DNA from: Saccostrea echinata
Taxonomy: Eukaryota
DNA: 64,000 nt
Assembly (NCBI RefSeq): GCF_033153115.1
Contig: NW_026889809.1
Span: forward strand, 5,456,001-5,520,000
Direction of reading: 5' to 3'
Shown here: piece by piece, positions 25,601 through 40,600 of the stretch
Layout of the letters: every line of letters begins with the position of its first letter
Numbering within the stretch: the stretch's first letter is position 1
The notes under the pieces: generated by a model
What the model saw: only the letters and a program-made list of their open reading frames with translations
Database searches by the model: none
Told to the model about the DNA's origin: nothing
Position numbers and translations under genes: made by a program

Positions 25601-28600
25601 CCTCTCTAGTTCCAGTAATACAGGAGTAGGAGCGCCCGCCGTAGGAGCAGGAGCGGCTGGAACGTATACTGGAGAAGCAGGGTTGTTGGCCTATTACGAG
25701 GCATGTAACGTTTTCCAGTCATTTCAATTAAGAAGTCACTTTTGCTGATCTAACAATTTGAACTCGAATGATTATAGCATTCGAAAAAAAAAAGAAGAGT
25801 ACTCATCATTTTTACTAAGATCGGATCAAATGTTGCAGGTGTGTTATAATTTGAAATACAATGGTTGGACAAGACAGTGGCACGGTGAGCACAAGGTACC
25901 GTATGCGTATCACGGTACCCAGTGGATTGGATATGACGACACAGAGAGTTTCCAAGTAAAGGTAAGCTTAAAGGGGAGAAGTGTCTAGGCCTAAGCTCCG
26001 ATACAGTTACACAGCTTGCAATCCCACTGATGAATCTGGTCTGTCTAGACTATAATTTTCACTCGTCCTCTCGTTGATAGGTTGACTACATCAAGTCCAA
26101 AGGACTGGGTGGCGGTATGGTTTGGTCTCTTGATCAAGACGATTTCAGCAACAGCTGTGGCGATGGGGCGTATCCTCTGATGAACTTATTGCGAAGTGAG
26201 CTGTCTGGATCACCTGTAGCTTCCACTCCTTTGCCACCATCATTGCATTCCTCCTCTCAAACTGTGCCATCCTCCTCCACTAGATTACCTACCACCATTC
26301 CCAGCACTGCAGTGTCGGGATACAAACGAGTATGTTACTTCACCAACTGGGCACAATACAGAACTGCTCCTATGACCTTCAAAGCGGATGATGTGGATCC
26401 TTTCCTCTGCACTCATATCATGTACGCTTTCGGTAAAGTCGTGGGCAACACAATCGATGCTTATGAGTGGAACGACAAGGGCACCGGTGGTAAGTAACAC
26501 GTCACCTAGGCCATTGTAGGTAGAATATAGATCATTTTCGGTAACGTGTCAGGTATTCAAGCTCTCGAGGCGACAAAAAAAACACTGGTGCCTTGCTTGG
26601 ATTCGTTTGTACTCACATGTTGGACTATTCTCAATGCAGGCCAATACGAGAAGATAATGAACCTGCGATCCGTGAACCCAGACCTCAAGATCCTGCTGGC
26701 CATAGGTGGATGGACTCACGGCACCGCGCCCTTCACTGCCGTGGTAGATGACCCCAATGACATGGCAGCTTTTGCAAACAACGCCTTGGCCTACTTAAAA
26801 ACTTACGGATTCGACGGTCTGGATCTGGACTGGGAGTATCCGGGTGGTAATGGAAGCCCTCCAGAGGACAAACAGCGTTTCACGTCTTTTGTGCAGGTCA
26901 GTATAACAAAAACTTCCGTTCCAGGGCAGCTGTATCAAGTCCACAGATCTTGCCACAAGGCTCCCACTATGTCTGTCTTCTCTTTCAGAAACTTCGCCAA
27001 GTGTTTGACGCTGATGGTGTAGCCAACAACCGCGCGCCTCTGTTACTGACGGCAGCTGTTGCAGCTGGCAAAAGTACAATCGACAAAGCCTATGAAATTG
27101 ACCTCATCTCCAAGTAAGTTGCATTCTGGCTGTGCCGGGTGCCTGATTTGCCAAGTGCACTCATGAGTTATTTTATTTCTTCTTCTGTATTTCAGAGAGC
27201 TAGATTTCATCAACCTAATGAGCTACGATCTTCATGGAAGCTGGGAAGCAACCACCGGACATCACAGTGCGCTATTTGGCCGTGCCGGTGAAGTTGGAAC
27301 TGCTGCATATATGAATGTGGTAGGTTTGTCAGTTCGGGTATGATTTCCTCGCTAATAGATCTTTTGAATGTACTTGCCTCGCATCTTTCATTCATTATTT
27401 GCGCAGGATTACGCGGTGAACTACTGGATTAATCTCGGTGCACCTCCAGAAAAACTGGTTTTGGGAATGGGTTTGTATGGCAGATCCTTCACCCTCTCTA
27501 GTTCCAGTAATACAGGAGTAGGAGCGCCCGCCGTAGGAGCAGGAGCGGCTGGAACGTATACTGGAGAAGCAGGGTTGTTGGCCTATTACGAGGCATGTAA
27601 CGTTTTCCAGTCATTTCAATTAAGAAGTCACTTTTGCTGATCTAACAATTTGAACTCGAATGATTATAGCATTCGAAAAAAAAAAGAAGAGTACTCATCA
27701 TTTTTACTAAGATCGGATCAAATGTTGCAGGTGTGTTATAATTTGAAATACAATGGTTGGACAAGACAGTGGCACGGTGAGCACAAGGTACCGTATGCGT
27801 ATCACGGTACCCAGTGGATTGGATATGACGACACAGAGAGTTTCCAAGTAAAGGTAAGCTTAAAGGGGAGAAGTGTCTAGGCCTAAGCTCCGATACAGTT
27901 ACACAGCTTGCAATCCCACTGATGAATCTGGTCTGTCTAGACTATAATTTTCACTCGTCCTCTCGTTGATAGGTTGACTACATCAAGTCCAAAGGACTGG
28001 GTGGCGGTATGGTTTGGTCTCTTGATCAAGACGATTTCAGCAACAGCTGTGGCGATGGGGCGTATCCTCTGATGAACTTATTGCGAAGTGAGCTGTCTGG
28101 ATCACCTGTAGCTTCCACTCCTTTGCCACCATCATTGCATTCCTCCTCTCAAACTGTGCCATCCTCCTCCACTAGATTACCTACCACCATTCCCAGCACT
28201 GCAGTGTCGGGATACAAACGAGTATGTTACTTCACCAACTGGGCACAATACAGAACTGCTCCTATGACCTTCAAAGCGGATGATGTGGATCCTTTCCTCT
28301 GCACTCATATCATGTACGCTTTCGGTAAAGTCGTGGGCAACACAATCGATGCTTATGAGTGGAACGACAAGGGCACCGGTGGTAAGTAACACGTCACCTA
28401 GGCCATTGTAGGTAGAATATAGATCATTTTCGGTAACGTGTCAGGTATTCAAGCTCTCGAGGCGACAAAAAAAACACTGGTGCCTTGCTTGGATTCGTTT
28501 GTACTCACATGTTGGACTATTCTCAATGCAGGCCAATACGAGAAGATAATGAACCTGCGATCCGTGAACCCAGACCTCAAGATCCTGCTGGCCATAGGTG

Positions 28601-31600
28601 GATGGACTCACGGCACCGCGCCCTTCACTGCCGTGGTAGATGACCCCAATGACATGGCAGCTTTTGCAAACAACGCCTTGGCCTACTTAAAAACTTACGG
28701 ATTCGACGGTCTGGATCTGGACTGGGAGTATCCGGGTGGTAATGGAAGCCCTCCAGAGGACAAACAGCGTTTCACGTCTTTTGTGCAGGTCAGTATAACA
28801 AAAACTTCCGTTCCAGGGCAGCTGTATCAAGTCCACAGATCTTGCCACAAGGCTCCCACTATGTCTGTCTTCTCTTTCAGAAACTTCGCCAAGTGTTTGA
28901 CGCTGATGGTGTAGCCAACAACCGCGCGCCTCTGTTACTGACGGCAGCTGTTGCAGCTGGCAAAAGTACAATCGACAAAGCCTATGAAATTGACCTCATC
29001 TCCAAGTAAGTTGCATTCTGGCTGTGCCGGGTGCCTGATTTGCCAAGTGCACTCATGAGTTATTTTATTTCTTCTTCTGTATTTCAGAGAGCTAGATTTC
29101 ATCAACCTAATGAGCTACGATCTTCATGGAAGCTGGGAAGCAACCACCGGACATCACAGTGCGCTATTTGGCCGTGCCGGTGAAGTTGGAACTGCTGCAT
29201 ATATGAATGTGGTAGGTTTGTCAGTTCGGGTATGATTTCCTCGCTAATAGATCTTTTGAATGTACTTGCCTCGCATCTTTCATTCATTATTTGCGCAGGA
29301 TTACGCGGTGAACTACTGGATTAATCTCGGTGCACCTCCAGAAAAACTGGTTTTGGGAATGGGTTTGTATGGCAGATCCTTCACCCTCTCTAGTTCAAGT
29401 AATACAGGAGTAGGAGCGCCCGCCGTAGGAGCAGGAGCGGCTGGAACGTATACTGGAGAAGCAGGGTTGTTGGCCTATTACGAGGCATGTAACGTTTTCC
29501 AGTCATTTCAATTAAGAAGTCACTTTTGCTGATCTAACAATTTGAACTCGAATGATTATAGCATTCGAAAAAAAAAAGAAGAGTACTCATCATTTTTACT
29601 AAGATCGGATCAAATGTTGCAGGTGTGTTATAATTTGAAATACAATGGTTGGACAAGACAGTGGCACGGTGAGCACAAGGTACCGTATGCGTATCACGGT
29701 ACCCAGTGGATTGGATATGACGACACAGAGAGTTTCCAAGTAAAGGTAAGCTTAAAGGGGAGAAGTGTCTAGGCCTAAGCTCCGATACAGTTACACAGCT
29801 TGCAATCCCACTGATGAATCTGGTCTGTCTAGACTATAATTTTCACTCGTTCTCTCGTTGAAAGGTTGACTACATCAAGTCCAAAGGACTGGGTGGCGGT
29901 ATGGTTTGGTCTCTTGATCAAGACGATTTCAGCAACAGCTGTGGCGATGGGGCGTATCCTCTGATGAACTTATTGCGAAGTGAGCTGTCTGGATCACCTG
30001 TAGCTTCCACTCCTTTGCCACCATCATTGCATTCCTCCTCTCAAACTGTGCCATCCTCCTCCACTAGATTACCTACCACCATTCCCAGCACTGCAGTGTC
30101 GGGATACAAACGAGTATGTTACTTCACCAACTGGGCACAATACAGAACTGCTCCTATGACCTTCAAAGCGGATGATGTGGATCCTTTCCTCTGCACTCAT
30201 ATCATGTACGCTTTCGGTAAAGTCGTGGGCAACACAATCGATGCTTATGAGTGGAACGACAAGGGCACCGGTGGTAAGTAACACGTCACCTAGGCCATTG
30301 TAGGTAGAATATAGATCATTTTTGGTAACGTGTCAGGTATTCAAGCTCTCGAGGCGACAAAAAAAACACTGGTGCCTTGCTTGGATTCGTTTGTACTCAC
30401 ATGTTGGACTATTCTCAATGCAGGCCAATACGAGAAGATAATGAACCTGCGATCCGTGAACCCAGACCTCAAGATCCTGCTGGCCATAGGTGGATGGACT
30501 CACGGCACCGCGCCCTTCACTGCCGTGGTAGATGACCCCAATGACATGGCAGCTTTTGCAAACAACGCCTTGGCCTACTTAAAAACTTACGGATTCGACG
30601 GTCTGGATCTGGACTGGGAGTATCCGGGTGGTAATGGAAGCCCTCCAGAGGACAAACAGCGTTTCACGTCTTTTGTGCAGGTCAGTATAACAAAAACTTC
30701 CGTTCCAGGGCAGCTGTATCAAGTCCACAGATCTTGCCACAAGGCTCCCACTATGTCTGTCTTCTCTTTCAGAAACTTCGCCAAGTGTTTGACGCTGATG
30801 GTGTAGCCAACAACCGCGCGCCTCTGTTACTGACGGCAGCTGTTGCAGCTGGCAAAAGTACAATCGACAAAGCCTATGAAATTGACCTCATCTCCAAGTA
30901 AGTTGCATTCTGGCTGTGCCGGGTGCCTGATTTGCCAAGTGCACTCATGAGTTATTTTATTTCTTCTTCTGTATTTCAGAGAGCTAGATTTCATCAACCT
31001 AATGAGCTACGATCTTCATGGAAGCTGGGAAGCAACCACCGGACATCACAGTGCGCTATTTGGCCGTGCCGGTGAAGTTGGAACTGCTGCATATATGAAT
31101 GTGGTAGGTTTGTCAGTTCGGGTATGATTTCCTCGCTAATAGATCTTTTGAATGTACTTGCCTTGCATCTTTCATTCATTATTTGCGCAGGATTACGCGG
31201 TGAACTACTGGATTAATCTCGGTGCACCTCCAGAAAAACTGGTTTTGGGAATGGGTTTGTATGGCAGATCCTTCACCCTCTCTAGTTCCAGTAATACAGG
31301 AGTAGGAGCGCCCGCCGTAGGAGCAGGAGCGGCTGGAACGTATACTGGAGAAGCAGGGTTGTTGGCCTATTACGAGGCATGTAACGTTTTCCAGTCATTT
31401 CAATTAAGAAGTCACTTTTGCTGATCTAACAATTTGAACTCGAATGATTATAGCATTCGAAAAAAAAAAGAAGAGTACTCATCATTTTTACTAAGATCGG
31501 ATCAAATGTTGCAGGTGTGTTATAATTTGAAATACAATGGTTGGACAAGACAGTGGCACGGTGAGCACAAGGTACCGTATGCGTATCACGGTACCCAGTG

Positions 31601-34600
31601 GATTGGATATGACGACACAGAGAGTTTCCAAGTAAAGGTAAGCTTAAAGGGGAGAAGTGTCTAGGCCTAAGCTCCGATACAGTTACACAGCTTGCAATCC
31701 CACTGATGAATCTGGTCTGTCTAGACTATAATTTTCACTCGTCCTCTCGTTGATAGGTTGACTACATCAAGTCCAAAGGACTGGGTGGCGGTATGGTTTG
31801 GTCTCTTGATCAAGACGATTTCAGCAACAGCTGTGGCGATGGGGCGTATCCTCTGATGAACTTATTGCGAAGTGAGCTGTCTGGATCACCTGTAGCTTCC
31901 ACTCCTTTGCCACCATCATTGCATTCCTCCTCTCAAACTGTGCCATCCTCCTCCACTAGATTACCTACCACCATTCCCAGCACTGCAGTGTCGGGATACA
32001 AACGAGTATGTTACTTCACCAACTGGGCACAATACAGAACTGCTCCTATGACCTTCAAAGCGGATGATGTGGATCCTTTCCTCTGCACTCATATCATGTA
32101 CGCTTTCGGTAAAGTCGTGGGCAACACAATCGATGCTTATGAGTGGAACGACAAGGGCACCGGTGGTAAGTAACACGTCACCTAGGCCATTGTAGGTAGA
32201 ATATAGATCATTTTCGGTAACGTGTCAGGTATTCAAGCTCTCGAGGCGACAAAAAAAACACTGGTGCCTTGCTTGGATTCGTTTGTACTCACATGTTGGA
32301 CTATTCTCAATGCAGGCCAATACGAGAAGATAATGAACCTGCGATCCGTGAACCCAGACCTCAAGATCCTGCTGGCCATAGGTGGATGGACTCACGGCAC
32401 CGCGCCCTTCACTGCCGTGGTAGATGACCCCAATGACATGGCAGCTTTTGCAAACAACGCCTTGGCCTACTTAAAAACTTACGGATTCGACGGTCTGGAT
32501 CTGGACTGGGAGTATCCGGGTGGTAATGGAAGCCCTCCAGAGGACAAACAGCGTTTCACGTCTTTTGTGCAGGTCAGTATAACAAAAACTTCCGTTCCAG
32601 GGCAGCTGTATCAAGTCCACAGATCTTGCCACAAGGCTCCCACTATGTCTGTCTTCTCTTTCAGAAACTTCGCCAAGTGTTTGACGCTGATGGTGTAGCC
32701 AACAACCGCGCGCCTCTGTTACTGACGGCAGCTGTTGCAGCTGGCAAAAGTACAATCGACAAAGCCTATGAAATTGACCTCATCTCCAAGTAAGTTGCAT
32801 TCTGGCTGTGCCGGGTGCCTGATTTGCCAAGTGCACTCATGAGTTATTTTATTTCTTCTTCTGTATTTCAGAGAGCTAGATTTCATCAACCTAATGAGCT
32901 ACGATCTTCATGGAAGCTGGGAAGCAACCACCGGACATCACAGTGCGCTATTTGGCCGTGCCGGTGAAGTTGGAACTGCTGCATATATGAATGTGGTAGG
33001 TTTGTCAGTTCGGGTATGATTTCCTCGCTAATAGATCTTTTGAATGTACTTGCCTCGCATCTTTCATTCATTATTTGCGCAGGATTACGCGGTGAACTAC
33101 TGGATTAATCTCGGTGCACCTCCAGAAAAACTGGTTTTGGGAATGGGTTTGTATGGCAGATCCTTCACCCTCTCTAGTTCCAGTAATACAGGAGTAGGAG
33201 CGCCCGCCGTAGGAGCAGGAGCGGCTGGAACGTATACTGGAGAAGCAGGGTTGTTGGCCTATTACGAGGCATGTAACGTTTTCCAGTCATTTCAATTAAG
33301 AAGTCACTTTTGCTGATCTAACAATTTGAACTCGAATGATTATAGCATTCGAAAAAAAAAAGAAGAGTACTCATCATTTTTACTAAGATCGGATCAAATG
33401 TTGCAGGTGTGTTATAATTTGAAATACAATGGTTGGACAAGACAGTGGCACGGTGAGCACAAGGTACCGTATGCGTATCACGGTACCCAGTGGATTGGAT
33501 ATGACGACACAGAGAGTTTCCAAGTAAAGGTAAGCTTAAAGGGGAGAAGTGTCTAGGCCTAAGCTCCGATACAGTTACACAGCTTGCAATCCCACTGATG
33601 AATCTGGTCTGTCTAGACTATAATTTTCACTCGTCCTCTCGTTGATAGGTTGACTACATCAAGTCCAAAGGACTGGGTGGCGGTATGGTTTGGTCTCTTG
33701 ATCAAGACGATTTCAGCAACAGCTGTGGCGATGGGGCGTATCCTCTGATGAACTTATTGCGAAGTGAGCTGTCTGGATCACCTGTAGCTTCCACTCCTTT
33801 GCCACCATCATTGCATTCCTCCTCTCAAACTGTGCCATCCTCCTCCACTAGATTACCTACCACCATTCCCAGCACTGCAGTGTCGGGATACAAACGAGTA
33901 TGTTACTTCACCAACTGGGCACAATACAGAACTGCTCCTATGACCTTCAAAGCGGATGATGTGGATCCTTTCCTCTGCACTCATATCATGTACGCTTTCG
34001 GTAAAGTCGTGGGCAACACAATCGATGCTTATGAGTGGAACGACAAGGGCACCGGTGGTAAGTAACACGTCACCTAGGCCATTGTAGGTAGAATATAGAT
34101 CATTTTCGGTAACGTGTCAGGTATTCAAGCTCTCGAGGCGACAAAAAAAACACTGGTGCCTTGCTTGGATTCGTTTGTACTCACATGTTGGACTATTCTC
34201 AATGCAGGCCAATACGAGAAGATAATGAACCTGCGATCCGTGAACCCAGACCTCAAGATCCTGCTGGCCATAGGTGGATGGACTCACGGCACCGCGCCCT
34301 TCACTGCCGTGGTAGATGACCCCAATGACATGGCAGCTTTTGCAAACAACGCCTTGGCCTACTTAAAAACTTACGGATTCGACGGTCTGGATCTGGACTG
34401 GGAGTATCCGGGTGGTAATGGAAGCCCTCCAGAGGACAAACAGCGTTTCACGTCTTTTGTGCAGGTCAGTATAACAAAAACTTCCGTTCCAGGGCAGCTG
34501 TATCAAGTCCACAGATCTTGCCACAAGGCTCCCACTATGTCTGTCTTCTCTTTCAGAAACTTCGCCAAGTGTTTGACGCTGATGGTGTAGCCAACAACCG

Positions 34601-37600
34601 CGCGCCTCTGTTACTGACGGCAGCTGTTGCAGCTGGCAAAAGTACAATCGACAAAGCCTATGAAATTGACCTCATCTCCAAGTAAGTTGCATTCTGGCTG
34701 TGCCGGGTGCCTGATTTGCCAAGTGCACTCATGAGTTATTTTATTTCTTCTTCTGTATTTCAGAGAGCTAGATTTCATCAACCTAATGAGCTACGATCTT
34801 CATGGAAGCTGGGAAGCAACCACCGGACATCACAGTGCGCTATTTGGCCGTGCCGGTGAAGTTGGAACTGCTGCATATATGAATGTGGTAGGTTTGTCAG
34901 TTCGGGTATGATTTCCTCGCTAATAGATCTTTTGAATGTACTTGCCTCGCATCTTTCATTCATTATTTGCGCAGGATTACGCGGTGAACTACTGGATTAA
35001 TCTCGGTGCACCTCCAGAAAAACTGGTTTTGGGAATGGGTTTGTATGGCAGATCCTTCACCCTCTCTAGTTCCAGTAATACAGGAGTAGGAGCGCCCGCC
35101 GTAGGAGCAGGAGCGGCTGGAACGTATACTGGAGAAGCAGGGTTGTTGGCCTATTACGAGGCATGTAACGTTTTCCAGTCATTTCAATTAAGAAGTCACT
35201 TTTGCTGATCTAACAATTTGAACTCGAATGATTATAGCATTCGAAAAAAAAAAGAAGAGTACTCATCATTTTTACTAAGATCGGATCAAATGTTGCAGGT
35301 GTGTTATAATTTGAAATACAATGGTTGGACAAGACAGTGGCACGGTGAGCACAAGGTACCGTATGCGTATCACGGTACCCAGTGGATTGGATATGACGAC
35401 ACAGAGAGTTTCCAAGTAAAGGTAAGCTTAAAGGGGAGAAGTGTCTAGGCCTAAGCTCCGATACAGTTACACAGCTTGCAATCCCACTGATGAATCTGGT
35501 CTGTCTAGACTATAATTTTCACTCGTCCTCTCGTTGATAGGTTGACTACATCAAGTCCAAAGGACTGGGTGGCGGTATGGTTTGGTCTCTTGATCAAGAC
35601 GATTTCAGCAACAGCTGTGGCGATGGGGCGTATCCTCTGATGAACTTATTGCGAAGTGAGCTGTCTGGATCACCTGTAGCTTCCACTCCTTTGCCACCAT
35701 CATTGCATTCCTCCTCTCAAACTGTGCCATCCTCCTCCACTAGATTACCTACCACCATTCCCAGCACTGCAGTGTCGGGATACAAACGAGTATGTTACTT
35801 CACCAACTGGGCACAATACAGAACTGCTCCTATGACCTTCAAAGCGGATGATGTGGATCCTTTCCTCTGCACTCATATCATGTACGCTTTCGGTAAAGTC
35901 GTGGGCAACACAATCGATGCTTATGAGTGGAACGACAAGGGCACCGGTGGTAAGTAACACGTCACCTAGGCCATTGTAGGTAGAATATAGATCATTTTCG
36001 GTAACGTGTCAGGTATTCAAGCTCTCGAGGCGACAAAAAAAACACTGGTGCCTTGCTTGGATTCGTTTGTACTCACATGTTGGACTATTCTCAATGCAGG
36101 CCAATACGAGAAGATAATGAACCTGCGATCCGTGAACCCAGACCTCAAGATCCTGCTGGCCATAGGTGGATGGACTCACGGCACCGCGCCCTTCACTGCC
36201 GTGGTAGATGACCCCAATGACATGGCAGCTTTTGCAAACAACGCCTTGGCCTACTTAAAAACTTACGGATTCGACGGTCTGGATCTGGACTGGGAGTATC
36301 CGGGTGGTAATGGAAGCCCTCCAGAGGACAAACAGCGTTTCACGTCTTTTGTGCAGGTCAGTATAACAAAAACTTCCGTTCCAGGGCAGCTGTATCAATT
36401 CCACAGATCTTGCCACAAGGCTCCCACTATGTCTGTCTTCTCTTTCAGAAACTTCGCCAAGTGTTTGACGCTGATGGTGTAGCCAACAACCGCGCGCCTC
36501 TGTTACTGACGGCAGCTGTTGCAGCTGGCAAAAGTACAATCGACAAAGCCTATGAAATTGACCTCATCTCCAAGTAAGTTGCATTCTGGCTGTGCCGGGT
36601 GCCTGATTTGCCAAGTGCACTCATGAGTTATTTTATTTCTTCTTCTGTATTTCAGAGAGCTAGATTTCATCAACCTAATGAGCTACGATCTTCATGGAAG
36701 CTGGGAAGCAACCACCGGACATCACAGTGCGCTATTTGGCCGTGCCGGTGAAGTTGGAACTGCTGCATATATGAATGTGGTAGGTTTGTCAGTTCGGGTA
36801 TGATTTCCTCGCTAATAGATCTTTTGAATGTACTTGCCTCGCATCTTTCATTCATTATTTGCGCAGGATTACGCGGTGAACTACTGGATTAATCTCGGTG
36901 CACCTCCAGAAAAACTGGTTTTGGGAATGGGTTTGTATGGCAGATCCTTCACCCTCTCTAGTTCCAGTAATACAGGAGTAGGAGCGCCCGCCGTAGGAGC
37001 AGGAGCGGCTGGAACGTATACTGGAGAAGCAGGGTTGTTGGCCTATTACGAGGCATGTAACGTTTTCCAGTCATTTCAATTAAGAAGTCACTTTTGCTGA
37101 TCTAACAATTTGAACTCGAATGATTATAGCATTCGAAAAAAAAAAAGAAGAGTACTCATCATTTTTACTAAGATCGGATCAAATGTTGCAGGTGTGTTAT
37201 AATTTGAAATACAATGGTTGGACAAGACAGTGGCACGGTGAGCACAAGGTACCGTATGCGTATCACGGTACCCAGTGGATTGGATATGACGACACAGAGA
37301 GTTTCCAAGTAAAGGTAAGCTTAAAGGGGAGAAGTGTCTAGGCCTAAGCTCCGATACAGTTACACAGCTTGCAATCCCACTGATGAATCTGGTCTGTCTA
37401 GACTATAATTTTCACTCGTCCTCTCGTTGATAGGTTGACTACATCAAGTCCAAAGGACTGGGTGGCGGTATGGTTTGGTCTCTTGATCAAGACGATTTCA
37501 GCAACAGCTGTGGCGATGGGGCGTATCCTCTGATGAACTTATTGCGAAGTGAGCTGTCTGGATCACCTGTAGCTTCCACTCCTTTGCCACCATCATTGCA

Positions 37601-40600
37601 TTCCTCCTCTCAAACTGTGCCATCCTCCTCCACTAGATTACCTACCACCATTCCCAGCACTGCAGTGTCGGGATACAAACGAGTATGTTACTTCACCAAC
37701 TGGGCACAATACAGAACTGCTCCTATGACCTTCAAAGCGGATGATGTGGATCCTTTCCTCTGCACTCATATCATGTACGCTTTCGGTAAAGTCGTGGGCA
37801 ACACAATCGATGCTTATGAGTGGAACGACAAGGGCACCGGTGGTAAGTAACACGTCACCTAGGCCATTGTAGGTAGAATATAGATCATTTTCGGTAACGT
37901 GTCAGGTATTCAAGCTCTCGAGGCGACAAAAAAAACACTGGTGCCTTGCTTGGATTCGTTTGTACTCACATGTTGGACTATTCTCAATGCAGGCCAATAC
38001 GAGAAGATAATGAACCTGCGATCCGTGAACCCAGACCTCAAGATCCTGCTGGCCATAGGTGGATGGACTCACGGCACCGCGCCCTTCACTGCCGTGGTAG
38101 ATGACCCCAATGACATGGCAGCTTTTGCAAACAACGCCTTGGCCTACTTAAAAACTTACGGATTCGACGGTCTGGATCTGGACTGGGAGTATCCGGGTGG
38201 TAATGGAAGCCCTCCAGAGGACAAACAGCGTTTCACGTCTTTTGTGCAGGTCAGTATAACAAAAACTTCCGTTCCAGGGCAGCTGTATCAAGTCCACAGA
38301 TCTTGCCACAAGGCTCCCACTATGTCTGTCTTCTCTTTCAGAAACTTCGCCAAGTGTTTGACGCTGATGGTGTAGCCAACAACCGCGCGCCTCTGTTACT
38401 GACGGCAGCTGTTGCAGCTGGCAAAAGTACAATCGACAAAGCCTATGAAATTGACCTCATCTCCAAGTAAGTTGCATTCTGGCTGTGCCGGGTGCCTGAT
38501 TTGCCAAGTGCACTCATGAGTTATTTTATTTCTTCTTCTGTATTTCAGAGAGCTAGATTTCATCAACCTAATGAGCTACGATCTTCATGGAAGCTGGGAA
38601 GCAACCACCGGACATCACAGTGCGCTATTTGGCCGTGCCGGTGAAGTTGGAACTGCTGCATATATGAATGTGGTAGGTTTGTCAGTTCGGGTATGATTTC
38701 CTCGCTAATAGATCTTTTGAATGTACTTGCCTCGCATCTTTCATTCAATATTTGCGCAGGATTACGCGGTGAACTACTGGATTAATCTCGGTGCACCTCC
38801 AGAAAAACTGGTTTTGGGAATGGGTTTGTATGGCAGATCCTTCACCCTCTCTAGTTCCAGTAATACAGGAGTAGGAGCGCCCGCCGTAGGAGCAGGAGCG
38901 GCTGGAACGTATACTGGAGAAGCAGGGTTGTTGGCCTATTACGAGGCATGTAACGTTTTCCAGTCATTTCAATTAAGAAGTCACTTTTGCTGATCTAACA
39001 ATTTGAACTCGAATGATTATAGCATTCGAAAAAAAAAAGAAGAGTACTCATCATTTTTACTAAGATCGGATCAAATGTTGCAGGTGTGTTATAATTTGAA
39101 ATACAATGGTTGGACAAGACAGTGGCACGGTGAGCACAAGGTACCGTATGCGTATCACGGTACCCAGTGGATTGGATATGACGACACAGAGAGTTTCCAA
39201 GTAAAGGTAAGCTTAAAGGGGAGAAGTGTCTAGGCCTAAGCTCCGATACAGTTACACAGCTTGCAATCCCACTGATGAATCTGGTCTGTCTAGACTATAA
39301 TTTTCACTCGTCCTCTCGTTGATAGGTTGACTACATCAAGTCCAAAGGACTGGGTGGCGGTATGGTTTGGTCTCTTGATCAAGACGATTTCAGCAACAGC
39401 TGTGGCGATGGGGCGTATCCTCTGATGAACTTATTGCGAAGTGAGCTGTCTGGATCATCTGTAGTATCTTCAATGATACCTTCAACAAACTCTTCGTCTA
39501 AAGTCTTTACTTCATCTCTTCCTCCACAAGATTCAACCGTTGGAACAACTGGATCTTCTAGTTCAAACTATTATGTATCCACAGATATCCAAGTAAACAG
39601 TGAGGGGACAACGCAGTCCCACACAGTTTCAACAGAGATTGTTTATACAACGAAATCGGCTATCTGTGGAGGTAATCGTTATGACTTCTGCTCTTATAAG
39701 ATATAAAAAAAATTCAGAAAAGCATACTGTGTAGATAATATTCAAAGAAATTTTTACAGCACCAAAGTCATGTGTAGATGGTCAATTTTATGAGGACAGC
39801 TGTGACATTCGCAAGTACTACCAGTGTTCGTCTGGTGTTGCATGGCACTACGAGTGTGCTACTGGAACAGTGTGGGATAAACGAATCCAAAATTGTAACT
39901 GGGATTACCTCGTCCTTACTTCGTCTGCACCCTGTGGCTGTGGTCGTAAGTTCAATCATGATGCATATTTTTACTCGTTTATCCAACATGTTTCGAATTT
40001 TCTCGACGAAAAAGTATATGTCAATGGTATATATTTAACAGTTTGTCTTCTAAATTTCAGCTCCATCAGATTGTATTCATGGAAAGTTTTATGAAGACAA
40101 ATGCGATATGAAACTTTACTACCAATGTGCACATGGTATTCCTTATCCATATGAATGCCATCCTGGAACTCTTTGGGATGTAACAATTACTAATTGTAAT
40201 TGGGAGTATGCAGTAGCCAGCAGAACACTCCCGACTGGATCAGATTGCAGCAGTTATGGTACAACTCATTTACCTGGTCAGCAGACTACTGTTCCATCTA
40301 CACAGACCCAAAAGCAAATTTCTGAAAAGACTTCCCAGCACACAGAACATTCAACTTCTGATTCCACGAATAGAGATTTCTCAACTGTGAAAGTCTCCAC
40401 TTCCTCAAGCACACACACACCGTCTGCTGATCAAACTATAGCCAAAACTCAATCAACCGAAATACCTCCTGCCTCTCAGTCATACACATCCGTAACACTT
40501 GTGTCAACAAGCCAGGTTACTACACTCCAGTCAAGCATATTCACTAAGCAACCCATTGTTTCTTCGACCTTTTTATCTACATCTTCCCCAAAAAGTGAAA

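Noticed and set aside
22522-38748. Recurrent minus-strand ORFs (61-94 aa) in each unit
   Set aside because: Antisense shadows of chitinase exons, repeated only because the unit is repeated.
22480-39706. Nine separate tandem chitinase genes, or pseudogene fragments as the ORF track suggests
   Set aside because: The short ORFs are exons read into introns. Splicing gives one continuous frame with no internal stop, start or signal exon.
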